A DNA stretch of 64,000 nt from a virus (Duplodnaviria > Caudoviricetes): positions 1-64,000 of IMG/VR virus record IMGVR_UViG_2663763243_000008; one strand, written 5' to 3'. Each line of letters begins with the position of its first letter. Positions within the stretch are counted from its first letter, which is position 1. Shown in pieces: positions 55,125-64,000 of this stretch. The translations under genes were made by a program, and so were the position numbers. The notes under the pieces are model-generated. The model ran no database searches, had not been told where the DNA came from, and saw only the letters and a list, made by a program, of their open reading frames with translations.

Positions 55125-56596
55125 TGAGACCTGAGCACCTCAAGCTGCTGGCAGATAAAGACTGGCGGCTGAATAATCTTTACTGGATCACCGACAAAGA
55201 AGGTAAGCCGATACGCTTCAGGATGACGCCTGAGCAGCGCGAATACTTCGAAGGTATCCATACTCGTAATATCATTCTTAAAGCTCGTCAGCTTGGCTTC
55301 ACGACTGAGGTTTGCATTATTCAGTTAGATGCCGCGCTGTTCGAATCGGCCAAATGTGCCCTGATTGCCCACACACTGAATGACGCCAGGCGTCTGTTTC
55401 GCGAAAAGGTGAAATACGCCTACGACAAGTTGCCCGATGAAATCAAAGCAGCCAATCCGGCAAGTAATGATTCCGCTGGCGAGTTGGTATTTAACAAAGG
55501 CGGCTCACTCTACGTCAGCACCTCATTTCGTGGCGGCACGCTGCGTTACCTGCATGTTTCAGAGTTCGGTAAGATATGCGCCAAGTATCCTGACAAAGCG
55601 CGTGAGATTGTCACTGGCGCATTGGAAGCGGTATCAACTGACTGCTTTACCACTATCGAAAGTACAGCGGAAGGTCGCGCTGGTTACTTCTTCGACTATT
55701 GCCAAACAGCAGAAAAAGCACAGCTTCAGGGAAAGAAACTTTCTAACCTCGATTGGAAGTTCTTCTTCTTCACCTGGTGGCGAAACCCGCAGTACGCAAT
55801 TGACCCGGTTGAGGCTTTACCTCAGCGCCTGGTTGATTACTTTGCAGAGATGGAAGCCAAGCACGGCGTTCATCTAAACGAGCGCCAGAAAGCCTGGTAT
55901 TACGCCAAAGAGAAGACTCTCGGCGATGACATGAAGCGGGAATACCCAACTATCCCGTCTGAGGCATTCCAGCAATCAGTGGAAGGCGCGTATTACGCCA
56001 AACAGTTCCGCTGGCTCTACACCAACAAACGTATCGACTCAATTCCTGATAACGCACACCTTCCCGTTCACACGTTCTGGGATATCGGCGTGGGTGACTC
56101 TACTGCTATCTGGTTCGTGCGAGAGGTTGGTGAAGAGTTCCACGTCATCGACTACTACGAAAACTCCGGTGAAGGTCTGCGGCACTACATGAAAGTGCTG
56201 AAAGACCGAGGATATGAGTATGGTGACCACTGGGGGCCACACGACATTGAGAACCGTGAATTCGGCTCTGATGCCAAATCCCGTAAAGAGCTGGCTCGCG
56301 AAGGCTACGAAATCGACGGTCAGGTTTACTCCATGACATTCAAAGTGGTTCCGAAAACCGGCGTTGATACCGGCATTGAGTCAGTGCGTGAAATCCTCCC
56401 TAAATGTGTCTTTGACGATGAGAAGTGCGCAGAAGGCATCACTCATTTGGAAGGTTACAGGAAGGAATGGGATGACAAGTGCGGCTGCTGGAAAGACAAG
56501 CCATTACATGACCACACATCTCACGGCTCTGATGCGTTCCGCTACTTTGCCGTAGCCAAGAACAACCACAAGCAAGTCGGCGCTGTATTCTTCTAA
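55124..56596 (+). CDS. Terminase large subunit
   Basis: LKARQLGFTT, LHVSE, ESTAEG, WDIG, SHGSDAFRY. Confidence 0.95.
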   Translation: MRPEHLKLLADKDWRLNNLYWITDKEGKPIRFRMTPEQREYFEGIHTRNIILKARQLGFTTEVCIIQLDAALFESAKCALIAHTLNDARRLFREKVKYAYDKLPDEIKAANPASNDSAGELVFNKGGSLYVSTSFRGGTLRYLHVSEFGKICAKYPDKAREIVTGALEAVSTDCFTTIESTAEGRAGYFFDYCQTAEKAQLQGKKLSNLDWKFFFFTWWRNPQYAIDPVEALPQRLVDYFAEMEAKHGVHLNERQKAWYYAKEKTLGDDMKREYPTIPSEAFQQSVEGAYYAKQFRWLYTNKRIDSIPDNAHLPVHTFWDIGVGDSTAIWFVREVGEEFHVIDYYENSGEGLRHYMKVLKDRGYEYGDHWGPHDIENREFGSDAKSRKELAREGYEIDGQVYSMTFKVVPKTGVDTGIESVREILPKCVFDDEKCAEGITHLEGYRKEWDDKCGCWKDKPLHDHTSHGSDAFRYFAVAKNNHKQVGAVFF

Positions 56597-56606
56597 GGAG
56601 CAATCA

Positions 56607-58064
56607 GTGAGTGATACCAATAACGAGGTTCAGTTCCTCGTGAATGCCCTCGCTGACCAAGTCGCGGTGGGTCGCCAGCGTGCTTTATACGCCGGTCAGT
56701 TTAACGGGAACACCAAGCGCACAACATTATGGGATGAATTTGGATACCCGGACACTGTAAGTTTCGCAACTTTCTATAGGACTTACCGCAGAAACTCAGC
56801 TGCATATGCCGGTGTACACGTAACGCTGGATTCCTGCTGGGTTGATAAGCCAATCATCATTGATGGCCCTCTCGCTGATAAGAAGAAAAAAGAAACGCCT
56901 TGGGAAAAGACGGTAACCAAGCTTCTTAAAAAGTATTGGGAAAAAATCAAGGATGCAGACCGCCGTAACATGGTCGGGCATTACTCGGCGATCATTCTGC
57001 AAATAAAAGACAATCGTGACTGGTCAGAGCCTGTAGATAAGGCGCTGGTTGCAAAGCTAGGCGAGGCCGCTTTAGTTAAGCTGATCCCCGCATGGGAATC
57101 ACAGATTAAGCCTGGCAGTTATGACATCGACACGCGGTCAGATACTTACAGTCAGCCAGTTAACTACACGTTCAATGAGCAGCCCATCGGTGATGACGGA
57201 ACATACGGCAATGTTAGAAGTATCACAGTGCACCCAGACCGGGTGATAATTCTCGCCGAGGGCTCTGAAGACGACAACATGCTTTCCGGTGAACCTCTCA
57301 ATGAGGCCGGATATAATGATCTGCTGGATATTGAGAAAACCAAAGGCGGCAGCGCAGAGGGGTTCCTGAAAAACGCCAGTCGTCAGCTTGGAATTGAGTT
57401 CGATAAAGAAACTGACATGGCGACACTGAAGAAGGCAGCCACCGATGCCGGTTTCAAAGACCTCGGCGATGCACTGAACGATAAGATTGTGAGGATGAAT
57501 AGGGGGACTGATTCCGCTCTGGTTATGCAGGCCGGTCAGGCTTCAGTTCTATCGGTGGCCGCTGCTGACCCAACGCCATCATGGACTGTATCTGCCAACA
57601 GCTACGCTGCAACTATCCGTTGCCCATTCAACATTCTTTTCGGCAAGCAAACGGGGAACCTTGCTTCAACGGAGGACAAGAAGGCGTGGGCGGCTCGATG
57701 CAATTCCCGAAGAAGCAGTTGGCTGTCTTACATCATCACTACCGTCGTTCAGAGGTGGAGTGATCTTGGTGTAATTCCTCAGCCTAAGGCGGGAGAAATT
57801 ACCGTCGATTGGTCGGATTTACTCGCCCCGGGCGACAGTGAGAAGCTCGACAACATGGGCAAGCTTGCAGATATCGCGCAGAAAACTCAGCAGGCATACG
57901 GAACGCCAGCGGTAGAGATTAACGAAATCCGCGCTGCTGGTGAACTTGAGACAATCAAAGAGCCAAAAGAACCAGACCCTAACGCAAAACTAACCGATAA
58001 GGATCCGCTGAATGGAGATGGCGACAGCGACCAGAATCGGGACACCGATAGTACCGCGCAATAA
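56607..58064 (+). CDS. Portal protein (DUF1073-like)
   Basis: Follows terL; WDEFGYP...GGSAEGFLKNA...LFGKQTG.LAS.ED. Confidence 0.85.
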   Translation: MSDTNNEVQFLVNALADQVAVGRQRALYAGQFNGNTKRTTLWDEFGYPDTVSFATFYRTYRRNSAAYAGVHVTLDSCWVDKPIIIDGPLADKKKKETPWEKTVTKLLKKYWEKIKDADRRNMVGHYSAIILQIKDNRDWSEPVDKALVAKLGEAALVKLIPAWESQIKPGSYDIDTRSDTYSQPVNYTFNEQPIGDDGTYGNVRSITVHPDRVIILAEGSEDDNMLSGEPLNEAGYNDLLDIEKTKGGSAEGFLKNASRQLGIEFDKETDMATLKKAATDAGFKDLGDALNDKIVRMNRGTDSALVMQAGQASVLSVAAADPTPSWTVSANSYAATIRCPFNILFGKQTGNLASTEDKKAWAARCNSRRSSWLSYIITTVVQRWSDLGVIPQPKAGEITVDWSDLLAPGDSEKLDNMGKLADIAQKTQQAYGTPAVEINEIRAAGELETIKEPKEPDPNAKLTDKDPLNGDGDSDQNRDTDSTAQ

Positions 58065-58983
58065 AGCCGACCCTACTCAGTCTTACCGCGCCGTTAACAA
58101 GATGTATCGGGATATCGAGGAGCGTTACTTAGGCATTAAAACCGCCTTGAAGCGGCTATTTGATGAGCGACTGACTGGCAGGGTGAGAGAAGGTAACACC
58201 CAGACTTCATTCGCAGTGCATGGCGACACCATCTATCAGGTAAATGCGTCAGCGTACATCTATGACATGACAGCGCAGCAACTCGCCGACCTGCTGGAGC
58301 GTGTGCAGACGATTCTGGACGACTATCTGCTCGAAGGCATAGGTCAGGACATTTGGGCGCTCTCATACGTTTCTGATGAGTACCAGCGAGGCACGTTAAA
58401 CGCATTCACCAATTTATCAGTGCAGTCGCAGGTTTACGCACAACAAACTACGTTGTCCGCGCTGCTATCGACTCCTGCTTACCAGAATCAGATCGCCGCC
58501 GCTTTCATATCGACTTACAGCGACTGGAAGGGCGTCTCTGACGCTGCAAGGGCTGATCTAGCCAATATCATATCTGACTCAATCGGTCGTGGCGTAAATC
58601 CACGCGAGACTGCGGGGATCATCAGTAAGCGACTTAATGTCTCGATGAGTAGCGCCAAGCGGATAGCCCAGACTGAACAGGTGGGCGCATTGCGTCAGGC
58701 TCAATGGGCGGAAACAGAGTGGGCTAAAGAGCGATTAGCTCTGAACACAGCACTTCTGCATCTATCAGCGCTGAAGGCAACCACAAGAACATCTCATGCT
58801 TTCTGGCATGGCAAGACGCGCACTGTTGAAGAGGTGCGAGAATGGTATAGCCGCGATGGCAACCGTTATCACTGCTACTGCAGCCAGATTCCGGTGATTC
58901 TGGATATTGATGGCATGATCGTTAATTCTGGAATCGTTGAAAGGCTGAGTAAAGAGCGCAAGGAGTGGCAACAGTCCGCTTAA
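58012..58983 (+). CDS. Minor head protein (SPP1 gp7/Mu F-like)
   Basis: AKRIAQTE...TTR.SH...HG...CYC. Confidence 0.85.
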   Translation: MEMATATRIGTPIVPRNKADPTQSYRAVNKMYRDIEERYLGIKTALKRLFDERLTGRVREGNTQTSFAVHGDTIYQVNASAYIYDMTAQQLADLLERVQTILDDYLLEGIGQDIWALSYVSDEYQRGTLNAFTNLSVQSQVYAQQTTLSALLSTPAYQNQIAAAFISTYSDWKGVSDAARADLANIISDSIGRGVNPRETAGIISKRLNVSMSSAKRIAQTEQVGALRQAQWAETEWAKERLALNTALLHLSALKATTRTSHAFWHGKTRTVEEVREWYSRDGNRYHCYCSQIPVILDIDGMIVNSGIVERLSKERKEWQQSA

Positions 58984-58994
58984 GAGGTAGCCCA

Positions 58995-59090
58995 ATGCAA
59001 TTTGATTTTCTACCTGTTTTCGCAGTTGGTTTTTCCTTGGGGCAACTATTTTGCCTTATTTGGATGTACCTGTTGATCCTGAGAAAATAA
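58995..59090 (+). CDS. 31-aa hydrophobic peptide (absent from the ORF track)
   Basis: AGAGGT RBS; MQFDFLPVFAVGFSLGQLFCLIWMYLLILRK*; terminator at about 59099-59122. Confidence 0.5.
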   Translation: MQFDFLPVFAVGFSLGQLFCLIWMYLLILRK

Positions 59091-59152
59091 TGAACCCGAG
59101 GTCGCTAAGGCGGCCTTTTTTATTGCCTGAAATCCACCAAAGAGGACACAGC

Positions 59153-60550
59153 ATGTCACGCATCTGCGTAAACGTGCTGTCGGTCATCAACTCCGCTTCA
59201 AACATCACTTCTGAAACCATTGATGGCGTTGAGCACATCGTTGTGAAGGACGTCTGTCCTGTCATCGACGATATCGTGCTCAATGGCGGACTGTACCCGG
59301 CAGACGAGATTTCCAAAGGCTTCAAAAGCCTTGAAGGTAAGCCCATGCCGTATGGGCATCCGAAGATTGAAGGCCAGTACGTCAGCGCAAGTAATGTGCG
59401 GGCCGTGAACGAATATCACATTGGGGCATTCGCCCGTAACGTTCGTAAAGACGGCGATCGTGTACTGATGGATATGTGTGTTAACCGCCGTTATGCCGAA
59501 GCGACGGATAAGGGCAAAGAGGTCGTTAATAGACTGGATGATATGAAGGGGGGGAAAGAGGTTGAGCCGATCGGCGTTTCAACTGGCCTCGGGCTAAATC
59601 GAGCGGAAGGGAAAGGAGTTTCCAAGGGTAAAAAATATAACTGGGTTGCCCGCAACCAAGATTACGACCACTGCGCCATCCTGTTGCACGAGACGCCAGC
59701 CGGAACGACGCAAGAAGGTGTAGGGATCTTTGTTAATGCCCAGGGTGACCAGCTTCAAATAGAAACCGTGAACCTCGCAGATGCGTCCAATTGCACAGAA
59801 GAGGGGTTGCTGAATAAAGCCAAGTTCTTCTTCACTAATGCTTCTAATTACTCCTTTGATGACATCCAGCGAGCACTCAGCCAAAAGCTGCGTGAGGGTA
59901 AGTCTGATGACTTTTACTCATGGCCTGATTCCGTATGGCCGGACAAGTTCATCTACAACGATAAAGGCAAAACATATCAACAGAAGTACCTCATCGACGA
60001 TGACGGCACAGCTGAATTCGTCGGCGAACCTGTAGAAGTCGTGCGCAAACCCACTGAGTACGAAATTAAAACCAACGGAGCTGAAAACCCGATGAAAGAC
60101 ATGATTGTTAACGCACTGAAAGCAAAAGGTAAGCCGACCGAAGGCAAGACCGAAGCTGAATTGCTTGATGCATACAACCAAATGAATGCAGAAGAAGCAA
60201 AGATCAAAACTGAAACGCCGGAAGAGAAGGCTGTTCGCGAAAAGAAAGAGGCTGATGATAAGACCACCAAAGATAAAGCCACCAACAGTGAAGAGATACC
60301 GTTATGGGCTAAAGCACTCGCCGATCGTGTTGATTCAGTGGTGAATAGCTTGAGCGTTAACTCCGACAAGGAGAAGACTGAAAAGCGATCAGCAGTTAAA
60401 GCTAAGTTTGGCCTTGAAGATATCGCAGTAAACGCTTTAGACGGCGCTGCTCTCGATGGGCTATTCGCCCAATGCGCAACCTCAACCGGTCTGAATGGCT
60501 CTTTCCGCCAGGCCAATTCCTCTCAATCAGTTAGCGAAATGCCGGAGTAA
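59153..60550 (+). CDS. Prohead protease/scaffold (DUF2213-like)
   Basis: P.GHP, VSTG, DHCAIL; charged C-terminal scaffold region; GAGG RBS at 59153. Confidence 0.8.
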   Translation: MSRICVNVLSVINSASNITSETIDGVEHIVVKDVCPVIDDIVLNGGLYPADEISKGFKSLEGKPMPYGHPKIEGQYVSASNVRAVNEYHIGAFARNVRKDGDRVLMDMCVNRRYAEATDKGKEVVNRLDDMKGGKEVEPIGVSTGLGLNRAEGKGVSKGKKYNWVARNQDYDHCAILLHETPAGTTQEGVGIFVNAQGDQLQIETVNLADASNCTEEGLLNKAKFFFTNASNYSFDDIQRALSQKLREGKSDDFYSWPDSVWPDKFIYNDKGKTYQQKYLIDDDGTAEFVGEPVEVVRKPTEYEIKTNGAENPMKDMIVNALKAKGKPTEGKTEAELLDAYNQMNAEEAKIKTETPEEKAVREKKEADDKTTKDKATNSEEIPLWAKALADRVDSVVNSLSVNSDKEKTEKRSAVKAKFGLEDIAVNALDGAALDGLFAQCATSTGLNGSFRQANSSQSVSEMPE

Positions 60551-60553
60551 ACA

Positions 60554-60994
60554 ATGGCTAAAGATGGAAAGCACGTAATCCACGCGGGTGGCATCTTCGC
60601 AAATCCGCAGTTGCATCGTGAAGGTGCGGCAGCAGCGGCAACCCAACCGGGAACAGTTGGTTTCTTCGATAACACTACGAAGAAATTCACCGCCTCAGTT
60701 GATGGCAACGAAGACGCAATTCTTTATGTCGCAAACTACGACTACCTGCGCTGCAAAACGGTGGATGACACCATTGCGGCGGGTGATTGGGTAGTAGCGA
60801 TGCATCCAACCCCTGGCGTTTTCTTCAACGTTCCGGCAGCACCCGGCACATACACCAAAGGCCAGCCTCTCTCTATCGTCAATGGACGAGTTAAGGCGAA
60901 AGCAACCGGCGAATCTACTCGTGCTTATGTAGAAGAAGACCGTTCATACACCATTGCGACAGCAGGCCAGCTCCTGCGCGTTGTCATTAAGTAA
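60554..60994 (+). CDS. Head decoration protein
   Basis: Size and position between scaffold and capsid genes. Confidence 0.7.
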   Translation: MAKDGKHVIHAGGIFANPQLHREGAAAAATQPGTVGFFDNTTKKFTASVDGNEDAILYVANYDYLRCKTVDDTIAAGDWVVAMHPTPGVFFNVPAAPGTYTKGQPLSIVNGRVKAKATGESTRAYVEEDRSYTIATAGQLLRVVIK

Positions 60995-61004
60995 GGAGCC
61001 GCGA

Positions 61005-62081
61005 ATGTTTGTATTTTCCACGAAGAAAGCCACTGAGACTGGCAATCTTGAAGTTAACTCGTCTCAGTTCAGGAAGTTGACTTCAGCACGTAATGCCAGT
61101 GCCCAGGCCGCAGCTGACTTTATTGCCCGCACAAAATGGCGTGGCGATGCCGAAGATGCTCCTGAGCTGACAGCAGTGAATGCCGTTGATGATATTCGCC
61201 GACTTTACAAAGCATACGATCAGACTGTTTTGTCTGAGTTTGAGCCAAACACGGAATTCACTTTGTTGAATGACCTGATGCCGCTGTCTCGCTCAGTTCG
61301 TCTGGAGGAATCAGTGTATGAGTATGCTCGTACTGGCGGGCGTGGTTGGGCACACACGTCGATGTCTGGACAGATTGGTGCGGCGCTAGATGCGAAGTCC
61401 TACACCTTCGATGGCACGATGGTTCCTATCCATGACAGCGGTTTTAAGTTCAATTGGCGTGATCCGGTATTCAACAAAGGCTCGGCCCTGGCTTCTTTGT
61501 CTGATGCTCAGGCTGGCTCTATCAAAGACGTTCGTCGCCAGTATGTGGATTACATCTGGGAAGGCTTCCGCGACGCGGCAGGCAACTACATCAATTTCGA
61601 TGGTAAGACTTGGAAAGGTTTACGCCACGACGAACGTGTCGCCCAAGTTACGCTGACTGTTAACTTTGCGACCAGCACGGATGTTAAAGCCATGCGGGGC
61701 GGTGCAATTGCCTTGCGTGATGTACTGAAGCTGCAAAACTTCCAGTACGGACAACAGACCTGGTATGTATCGAGCGAAATCATCTCTAACTGGGAACAGT
61801 ATTTTGATGTGAATTCGACCCGTACAGTGCTGGAAGAAATCATGAAGTTATCTGGTATCTCAGCCATCAAAGAAGATGTTGAACTGACTGGCAACGAAAT
61901 CGTGATTGTTCCTCTGCAAGCCGGTGTCATCGCTCCCATCGTTGGGCAGGCATTCGGTACAGTTGCCGATCCTCGCCAGTTCTACAACTCGGACTACGTG
62001 TGGCGCTCATGGGGTGCTGCTGGCCTGATGGTTAAGCAGGACATTAACGGTCACTTCTCTGTCATCCACGCATCCAGCTAA
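61005..62081 (+). CDS. Major capsid protein
   Basis: About 358 aa, position, AAGGAG RBS; PIHDSGF...WR motif. Confidence 0.82.
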   Translation: MFVFSTKKATETGNLEVNSSQFRKLTSARNASAQAAADFIARTKWRGDAEDAPELTAVNAVDDIRRLYKAYDQTVLSEFEPNTEFTLLNDLMPLSRSVRLEESVYEYARTGGRGWAHTSMSGQIGAALDAKSYTFDGTMVPIHDSGFKFNWRDPVFNKGSALASLSDAQAGSIKDVRRQYVDYIWEGFRDAAGNYINFDGKTWKGLRHDERVAQVTLTVNFATSTDVKAMRGGAIALRDVLKLQNFQYGQQTWYVSSEIISNWEQYFDVNSTRTVLEEIMKLSGISAIKEDVELTGNEIVIVPLQAGVIAPIVGQAFGTVADPRQFYNSDYVWRSWGAAGLMVKQDINGHFSVIHASS

Positions 62082-62090
62082 GGAAAAATC

Positions 62091-62456
62091 ATGGCACTTG
62101 TAAAAGTTTTAGTAGCAAACCTTTTCGCCGGTGCCAGCTTCCAGAAATTGGAGGTTGGCCAGTCTTACGAAGTTGATGATGCGATTGCCGGGAAGTGGAT
62201 TGAAAGTGGCAAGGCTGAGAAGTCTACAGAGAAGAAAGGCGAGAAGCTGGTATTTGAAGTGGCTACGCCGTCCGTGTCAGTTAGCAATGGAAGCGTGCTG
62301 CAAGTCCAGCTTGATGAGGCATTGGGCCGAATCGATGAACTCACCACGGCATCCGAAGACGCAGAAGCAGCACACGCTGAGGCTATCGCTCAGGTAACCA
62401 AGCGAGCAGAAGACGCAGAAGCAGCTTTAGCTGCGGCAACGAAAAAGGATAAGTAA
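62091..62456 (+). CDS. Hypothetical virion-associated protein
   Basis: AAGGA RBS after the capsid gene. Confidence 0.7.
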   Translation: MALVKVLVANLFAGASFQKLEVGQSYEVDDAIAGKWIESGKAEKSTEKKGEKLVFEVATPSVSVSNGSVLQVQLDEALGRIDELTTASEDAEAAHAEAIAQVTKRAEDAEAALAAATKKDK

Positions 62457-62458
62457 GT

Positions 62459-62830
62459 ATGGCGCAGATAACAGCCGCGCAGGTTAAACAGCAGTTGTCT
62501 GCGCTTGGTTACACCATTCCTGATTTCATGATTGATGCCTACCTTTGCAAACTGGAAAGCATAAGTCAGTGCCTGGAGGCGGCTGGCTACGACGAATGTG
62601 ATTTGATGCTGATTCAGATGTATGCCGTCACCCTCATGGCGGTTACTGCTTTCAATCAGCGCATTAAGTCTCAGTCAGCGCCTTCAGGGGCGGGGCGGTC
62701 ATTCGATTATGGTGGTGATATCAAGACAATGCGAAATAGCTTGGTGGCGCTAGATACGGCTGGTTGCACAGGTTCGCTACCGATTGATGTGGGCGTATCG
62801 GTTGGTTTTTTTGATGTGGTGGGAGGCTGA
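62459..62830 (+). CDS. Head-tail adaptor
   Basis: IKSQSAPSGA.RSF.Y...LDT.GCT; position. Confidence 0.7.
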   Translation: MAQITAAQVKQQLSALGYTIPDFMIDAYLCKLESISQCLEAAGYDECDLMLIQMYAVTLMAVTAFNQRIKSQSAPSGAGRSFDYGGDIKTMRNSLVALDTAGCTGSLPIDVGVSVGFFDVVGG

Positions 62831-63144
62831 TGATGATTGAAGCAAAAAAACTCGCTGACTTGATGAATATGATGTTCAAGTCTGACCCAGTAGCTGTTGA
62901 GTCCATTATTTCCAGCCGAGTCATTGTTAATGAAGTCATGGCATCATCAGACTGTCCGATTATGTTAGGTCGGGGCTCTCAAGGAGTTTTAACAGTGGGC
63001 ACAGTCGGGATACTTAATGGATTGGCAGCGCCTGGCACTGGATATCTTGCTGCAATTTATGGTGATGACAAACAGCTGTCAGGATTCACAGTCGTTGGCT
63101 GTAAAGAATGTGAACCATACCAGTATGAGCGGTACCACTTATGA
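62830..63144 (+). CDS. Hypothetical protein inserted in the head-tail cluster
   Basis: Coupled on both sides. Confidence 0.65.
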   Translation: MMIEAKKLADLMNMMFKSDPVAVESIISSRVIVNEVMASSDCPIMLGRGSQGVLTVGTVGILNGLAAPGTGYLAAIYGDDKQLSGFTVVGCKECEPYQYERYHL

Positions 63145-63491
63145 GCAGCGCCGCAAGCTGGAGTTATACGGCAACCGCTACTTTATGGAAGAAGAACGGG
63201 AAGCCAGATGATTATGGTAAGCAGGCTTGGCTACCTCCTATTCAGCTCATGTGTGATTACGGCGGTGATGCTACGGCGAAGTTGGGTGGACTCGGTTTAG
63301 AGTTCGTTATCAAAAACACGCACTGGACTGAGTATGCCGAAGCTGAGCGGGGCGACTATATCCTGATTGGCGATTCGGTAGCGACTGACCCGACCAAGGT
63401 GGATGGCGCGGACGAAGTAAGGCATATCATTCGTTACGCTGACACATTCGAGCGCATTGCGGACGACTTCGCAATTATCACGGGAGTCTGA
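63141..63491 (+). CDS. Head closure protein
   Basis: MSS.A.WSYTA.AT.W...DDYG; position. Confidence 0.7.
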   Translation: MSSAASWSYTATATLWKKNGKPDDYGKQAWLPPIQLMCDYGGDATAKLGGLGLEFVIKNTHWTEYAEAERGDYILIGDSVATDPTKVDGADEVRHIIRYADTFERIADDFAIITGV

Positions 63492-63492
63492 C

Positions 63493-63861
63493 ATGGGCGC
63501 GAAGGTTAAAGGCATCAGAGAGGCTAAAGCTAATCTGAATAGGCTGATTAATGATATTCAAGGCCGGAAAGCTGTCAGGGCGATGACTAAGGCGTTAATT
63601 ATCGGAGCGTCACAGGCTGCACTCTATACCCCCATCGATACATCAACCCTTATCAATTCTCAGTTTCGTGATATCAGCGCGAATGGCACCAGGCTGACTG
63701 GGCGCGTGGGCTATTCGGCTAATTACGCGATATATGTCCACGATCCGAATGTTAAGCAGGTATTCCGTAGGCCAATGGCTGAGAAAGAGTTTCTTACGAA
63801 AGGTTTCGCGGATAGTAAACAAGCCATTGAAAAGGCAATTATGGAGGAAATGAAGCTATGA
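63493..63861 (+). CDS. Neck protein (HK97 gp10-like)
   Basis: TPIDTSTLINS...VGYSANYA.YVH...EFL.KGF. Confidence 0.78.
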   Translation: MGAKVKGIREAKANLNRLINDIQGRKAVRAMTKALIIGASQAALYTPIDTSTLINSQFRDISANGTRLTGRVGYSANYAIYVHDPNVKQVFRRPMAEKEFLTKGFADSKQAIEKAIMEEMKL

Positions 63862-64000
63862 CTCCATCAATGCACCGGCGTGTTCGCGATTACTTTGTCG
63901 AGTCTGGGTTAACTACTGCTTTCGCTACTCAAATGCTCAAATGGCGTGATACCGGCAAGCTGACAGAGCAGTTTATTGTTTTTCGGCCCAACGGCGGCAG
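63858..64000 (+). CDS. Tail terminator-like protein, truncated by the window edge
   Basis: ATGA-coupled start MTPSMHRRVRDYFVE...FIVFRPNGG, open to the end. Confidence 0.6.
   Translation, partial: MTPSMHRRVRDYFVESGLTTAFATQMLKWRDTGKLTEQFIVFRPNGG

Larger units (their letters stand above)
37039..64000. mobile_element. Lambdoid prophage (runs off the right edge)
   Basis: int-xis-recombination-cI/cro/cII-replication-Q-lysis-terminase-portal-capsid order. Confidence 0.95.

Noticed and set aside
56607-58064. Anti-CBASS Acb1-type label sometimes given to DUF1073 proteins
   Set aside because: Size and position after terL indicate the portal
60142-60155. AGGCAAGACCGAAG partial match to the RBS motif
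   Set aside because: Mid-gene, not at a start codon, lacks the leading G; may be chance

Overview
The window is two tandem prophages of an enterobacterial host, probably Yersinia (inferred from a YPAL-like element and the gene families), joined at a duplicated 3' half of tRNA-Leu(TAA) at 36985-37038. 1-37038 is an almost complete P2-like prophage: ogr, tail, baseplate, lysis, head and packaging genes, repA, dam, immunity region and int. Its three accessory slots hold (a) a stack of morons between S and V, including BrnT/BrnA, separated by decayed copies of the S 3' end and V promoter; (b) a membrane gene plus an AT-rich, translationally coupled two-gene operon with a PD-(D/E)xK-like domain in the A-Q defence hotspot; (c) an exported protein plus an Abi-alpha/DUF4393-like gene between C and int. 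37039-64000 is the left part of a lambdoid prophage: int/xis, recombination, cI/cro/YdaT-type cII, replication, C5 methyltransferase, Q-like, lysis, packaging and head genes. The most striking unexplained signal is a predicted ~120-nt antisense RNA (about 41969-42088, +) with its own promoter and terminator and three UUGGUC motifs. It is complementary to a GAGGCAAGACC ribosome-binding-site motif in front of six early genes of the lambdoid prophage. A second signal is a TGTGACATGTCACA palindrome recurring in both prophages, which also share a homologous RHH/Zn-finger-like gene. All calls come from reading the sequence; no database searches were run.
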